A stretch of 64,000 nt of DNA, from contig CAYWPP010000001.1 of assembly GCA_964460475.1 (NCBI GenBank), positions 62,616 through 126,615 of the forward strand, in the 5' to 3' direction. Origin of the DNA: an uncultured Candidatus Peribacteria bacterium. Lineage in GTDB: Bacteria > Patescibacteriota > Gracilibacteria > Peribacterales > Peribacteraceae. Position numbers and translations under genes: made by a program. A model generated the notes under the pieces. That model worked only from the letters and a program-made list of their open reading frames with translations, was not told the DNA's origin and did not search any database. Numbering within the stretch: the stretch's first letter is position 1; each line of letters opens with the position of its first letter. Positions 61,402-64,000 of the stretch are shown piece by piece.

Positions 61402-62787
61402 ATGAAGCGTTCCGAAGTGCTCTTCGGTATCCTCAAAATTCCGCTTGATGCCTTCTGCGTCCTTGCGGCCCTTCTCCTTGCCTATCGCCTGCGCGAGGCA
61501 AACATCGATTTGATTCCGCGCGTGCAGCTACTGGAACCTTCGCAATCGCTCCCGCCTTTCTCGTACTACCTTCGCTCCTTTGCAGGATGGAGCGCGTTTG
61601 CGTACGTCGTCATCGCCGCGTTCTTTCGTTTGTATGCCTTGCGAGTCACGCTTGGCGCGTGGCATGAAGCCGGTCGCATCGTGCTCACGTCGCTCGTGTG
61701 GCTGTCGTCGATCGTCGCGTGGTACTTCCTCGTCGAGAAACAGCTGTTCTTCTCCCGCATGTTGCTGTTTCACGCGGTGTTCTTCTCCACGCTCTTCGTG
61801 CTTCTCGTGCGGGCCGCGTTGCTGCTGTTGCAGCGCTCTCTTCTGCTGCGCGGTTTCGGCGTGCGCATGATTCTGTCCGTCGGTTCACGCGCGCTTCCCT
61901 CCGCGCTCCTGGAAACGCTGGCACGCGATCCCCGGTACCGGTACGAAGGTCATGTGGCTTCCATCGATGACCTGCGCGGAACGCAGAACGTCGATCTCGT
62001 GTTGCATACCGATGCGCACAATACCGACGGCGATACGGTTCGTCTCATCGAATACTGTCGCAGCCGCCACATCGGATATGCCTTTCTCCCCGCTGTGTTT
62101 GCCGATGTTCCTCATCAGCTCTTCGTCCAGCGCTTCGGTCTCGTTCCCATCCTGCGCTTTCAGCCGACGCCGCTGGACGGATGGGGGAGGGTGGCGAAAC
62201 GACTGTTCGATTTCTTCCTCAGCCTGTTCCTGTTGATCGTACTGAGTCCGATCCTCCTTCTCCTCGCGCTCCTCGTGGTCCTCACATCCGGCCTGCCGAT
62301 TCTCTACGTGAGCAGGCGCATCGGCCAGCATGCGCGTCGCACCATTCCCGTTCTGAAGTTTCGCACCATGTGCAGGGATGCCGACGCCATGAAGGAGGAC
62401 TTGCATCACATGAGTCATCGCACCGACGGTCCGCTCTTCAAGGTGAAGAACGACCCGCGCGTGACCGCGCTGGGACGCGTGCTGCGCCGCTGGACGCTGG
62501 ACGAACTTCCTCAACTTCTCAACGTCCTCATCGGCCAGATGTCGCTGGTCGGACCGCGCCCCCATCTTCCCGATGAGGTCGCGCGCTACACGGACGAGCA
62601 ACGCCGGGTCTTTGCCGTCAAACCCGGCATGACGGGACTCGCGCAGGTGTCGGGGCGCTCCGATTTGAGCTTCGAACGCGAGATGGCCTACGACATGCAG
62701 TATGTCGAAGAATGGTCGCCGCTCCTCGATCTGTGGATTCTCTGGCGGACCGGCATCGTCGTCGTGTTCGGACGCGGAGCGGATTGA
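61402..62787 (+). CDS. Polyprenyl-phosphate hexose-1-phosphate transferase (bacterial sugar transferase, WbaP/WcaJ-like)
   Basis: C-terminal domain KRLFDFFLSLFLLIVLSPILL...KFRTM...DPRVT.LGR.LRR..LDELPQL.NVL.G.MSLVGPRP. Confidence 0.9.
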   Translation: MKRSEVLFGILKIPLDAFCVLAALLLAYRLREANIDLIPRVQLLEPSQSLPPFSYYLRSFAGWSAFAYVVIAAFFRLYALRVTLGAWHEAGRIVLTSLVWLSSIVAWYFLVEKQLFFSRMLLFHAVFFSTLFVLLVRAALLLLQRSLLLRGFGVRMILSVGSRALPSALLETLARDPRYRYEGHVASIDDLRGTQNVDLVLHTDAHNTDGDTVRLIEYCRSRHIGYAFLPAVFADVPHQLFVQRFGLVPILRFQPTPLDGWGRVAKRLFDFFLSLFLLIVLSPILLLLALLVVLTSGLPILYVSRRIGQHARRTIPVLKFRTMCRDADAMKEDLHHMSHRTDGPLFKVKNDPRVTALGRVLRRWTLDELPQLLNVLIGQMSLVGPRPHLPDEVARYTDEQRRVFAVKPGMTGLAQVSGRSDLSFEREMAYDMQYVEEWSPLLDLWILWRTGIVVVFGRGAD

Positions 62788-62798
62788 GATCCCTCTCC

Positions 62799-64000
62799 TT
62801 AGAACAGAGACTGTTGCGTGTCGTTTCCTCCGGCTTTCGCGTCGGTTTTCTTCTTCGGTTTCGGTGTTCGCTTCTTTGGCTTCGGCGGCGCGTGCTCTTC
62901 AACGGAATGTTTTTCCGTCACTTTCTCTTCGGTCTTTTTTCCTTCCTCGGTCCTCGCGAAATTCTCGAGATATTCGCGCACCCGCATGCCGTAGCCCTTT
63001 GAGCGAATGCGCTCGTCCGCGATGACAATGCTTCCCTCTCCGGTTCTGTGGCGGGCGAACGTCCTCAGAAGACGGAACAAGCGCAACATAACCCGCGGCA
63101 GCGAGTAGTCTTCGAAGGAATTGCGAAAGAGATCCGATCGCTTCTTGCGAACCGCGTGCGACGGATGATCGAAGGGCAGCGATTCGATGATCAGCGCGTC
63201 GACGGTTCCGGCGGGAAGATCGATCGCCTCATACATCCACGGCGTCATGACGAGAATCGCGGGAGCCGGGGCAGCGGAAAATTCCGCCTGCATCCGGCCC
63301 ATGCCCCCGTTCATGCCCTGGCAAATCAAGGTGACGCCGCGTTCTTCCAACGCTTCCGTATGTCGCACGAAAATATCCTCAATTACCCGTCTGCTGCTCG
63401 CGAGGAGTATCGATTTTCCCTCGGCTTCATTGATCCATGCATCACGGGACCAATCGTGTTCGAAACGCATCGGAAGAAGCGAGAGTTCCGCCTCGGGGAA
63501 CTCCACGACGTGACTGCGACGCTCTTCCGAGAGAATGGCGCCGAGCAGGTGCGCGCTTTTCGCGGGGATCAGCAGACTCACGGGAGACGCCGAAAACAAG
63601 CGCTCTTCCAGCGTTTTGGCGATGTCGAGAGGAACGGACTGCACGGACTGCTTCCCGCCCAACATCGTTTCGATCCAGACGATCCTTCCTTCAAGATTGG
63701 AAGCATCAAGTATGCGCTCCAAGTCTGCGAGTGCTTGTCTGCCTCGAGGGACCGTGCAGACTTCCATCGTCTCGGAAAGGTGCTCGCGCAGGCCCTTCGC
63801 TTCGGGGGTCGAGAGATCCGCGACGGAAATGTAATGCACGTCGTTGCCGCGCCTTGTTTTTTCGATCCACAGCTGCAGGAGATCGCAAAATTTCGTCAGC
63901 GTCTCGTTGCCCTCTGCTCCGGCGCGGAGCGCAGCGATGTCACACAACCGGCCGTACGCTTTCGTCGCCGTATCTTCCAACATGGATGCATCCTCAATGA
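62799..64000 (-). CDS. DinG-family ATP-dependent helicase, C-terminal part (5' end outside the window), with a Lys-rich tail
   Basis: The frame stays open to the window edge. Helicase_C_2-like segment is ILVMTPWMYEAIDLPAGTVDALIIESLPFDHPSH. The tail is PPKPKKRTPKPKKKTDAK. Confidence 0.7.
   Translation of the reverse strand, partial: IEDASMLEDTATKAYGRLCDIAALRAGAEGNETLTKFCDLLQLWIEKTRRGNDVHYISVADLSTPEAKGLREHLSETMEVCTVPRGRQALADLERILDASNLEGRIVWIETMLGGKQSVQSVPLDIAKTLEERLFSASPVSLLIPAKSAHLLGAILSEERRSHVVEFPEAELSLLPMRFEHDWSRDAWINEAEGKSILLASSRRVIEDIFVRHTEALEERGVTLICQGMNGGMGRMQAEFSAAPAPAILVMTPWMYEAIDLPAGTVDALIIESLPFDHPSHAVRKKRSDLFRNSFEDYSLPRVMLRLFRLLRTFARHRTGEGSIVIADERIRSKGYGMRVREYLENFARTEEGKKTEEKVTEKHSVEEHAPPKPKKRTPKPKKKTDAKAGGNDTQQSLF

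Noticed and set aside
1-64000. Alternative genetic code (UGA recoding, as in some CPR relatives), mobile elements, prophage, CRISPR-Cas, restriction-modification and toxin-antitoxin modules.
   Set aside because: Conserved genes such as pilB and zwf terminate at TGA at the expected length, and none needs read-through. No transposase, integrase, Cas, methyltransferase or toxin-like ORFs or repeat arrays were seen on either strand.

Overview
This is a 64-kb chromosomal segment. By eye it is moderately GC-rich, with strongly GC-biased third codon positions. It reads cleanly in the standard bacterial code: conserved genes are intact and several end in TGA. About 50 densely packed protein genes lie on both strands, with no transposase, integrase, CRISPR array or rRNA. 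RNA genes and elements are tRNA-Asp(GTC), tRNA-Thr(TGT), a type-A RNase P RNA with its own promoter and terminator, and a SAM-I riboswitch in front of metK. Housekeeping content: DNA repair and replication (recJ, uvrB, mfd, dnaN, recR, a DinG-like helicase), translation and RNA (serS, smpB, RNase J, a YbaK deacylase), nucleotide synthesis (pyrB, pyrC, purH), sugar and pentose-phosphate metabolism (glgP-type phosphorylase, PGM/PMM, galU, zwf, pgl) and envelope genes (uppP, GT4, Wzx-like flippase, polyprenyl-phosphate sugar transferase, amidase-SpoIID fusion). Surface and accessory content: an SLH plus Calx-beta protein, an LPXTG-anchored protein, a standalone ComEC-type MBL protein, and a type IV pilus locus at 48.7-60.7 kb. 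That locus runs orphan receiver, pilB, pilC, a 980-aa pilin-like giant, an LVIVD-propeller pseudopilin, two minor pilins, major pilin and sensor kinase, with pilD 3 kb upstream. Five signals stand out. (1) More than 20 genes carry a -10-like TAnnnT hexamer only 6-10 nt upstream of the start codon and no Shine-Dalgarno, which suggests widespread leaderless mRNAs. (2) The pilus locus has unusual giant and propeller-bearing pilin-like proteins. (3) A consensus-promoter two-gene operon encodes an unknown 630-aa hyper-acidic repeat protein. (4) A cluster of TGTGGAAA(A/T) DnaA-box-like repeats sits upstream of dnaN. (5) A promoter-plus-terminator-bounded candidate sRNA lies between pilD and smpB. 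The gene content (T4P, ComEC-MBL, sortase substrate, many orphan proteins, compact spacing) fits a small-genome Patescibacteria/CPR-like bacterium, possibly Peregrinibacteria-like. That lineage call is a low-confidence inference and cannot be verified without a database search.
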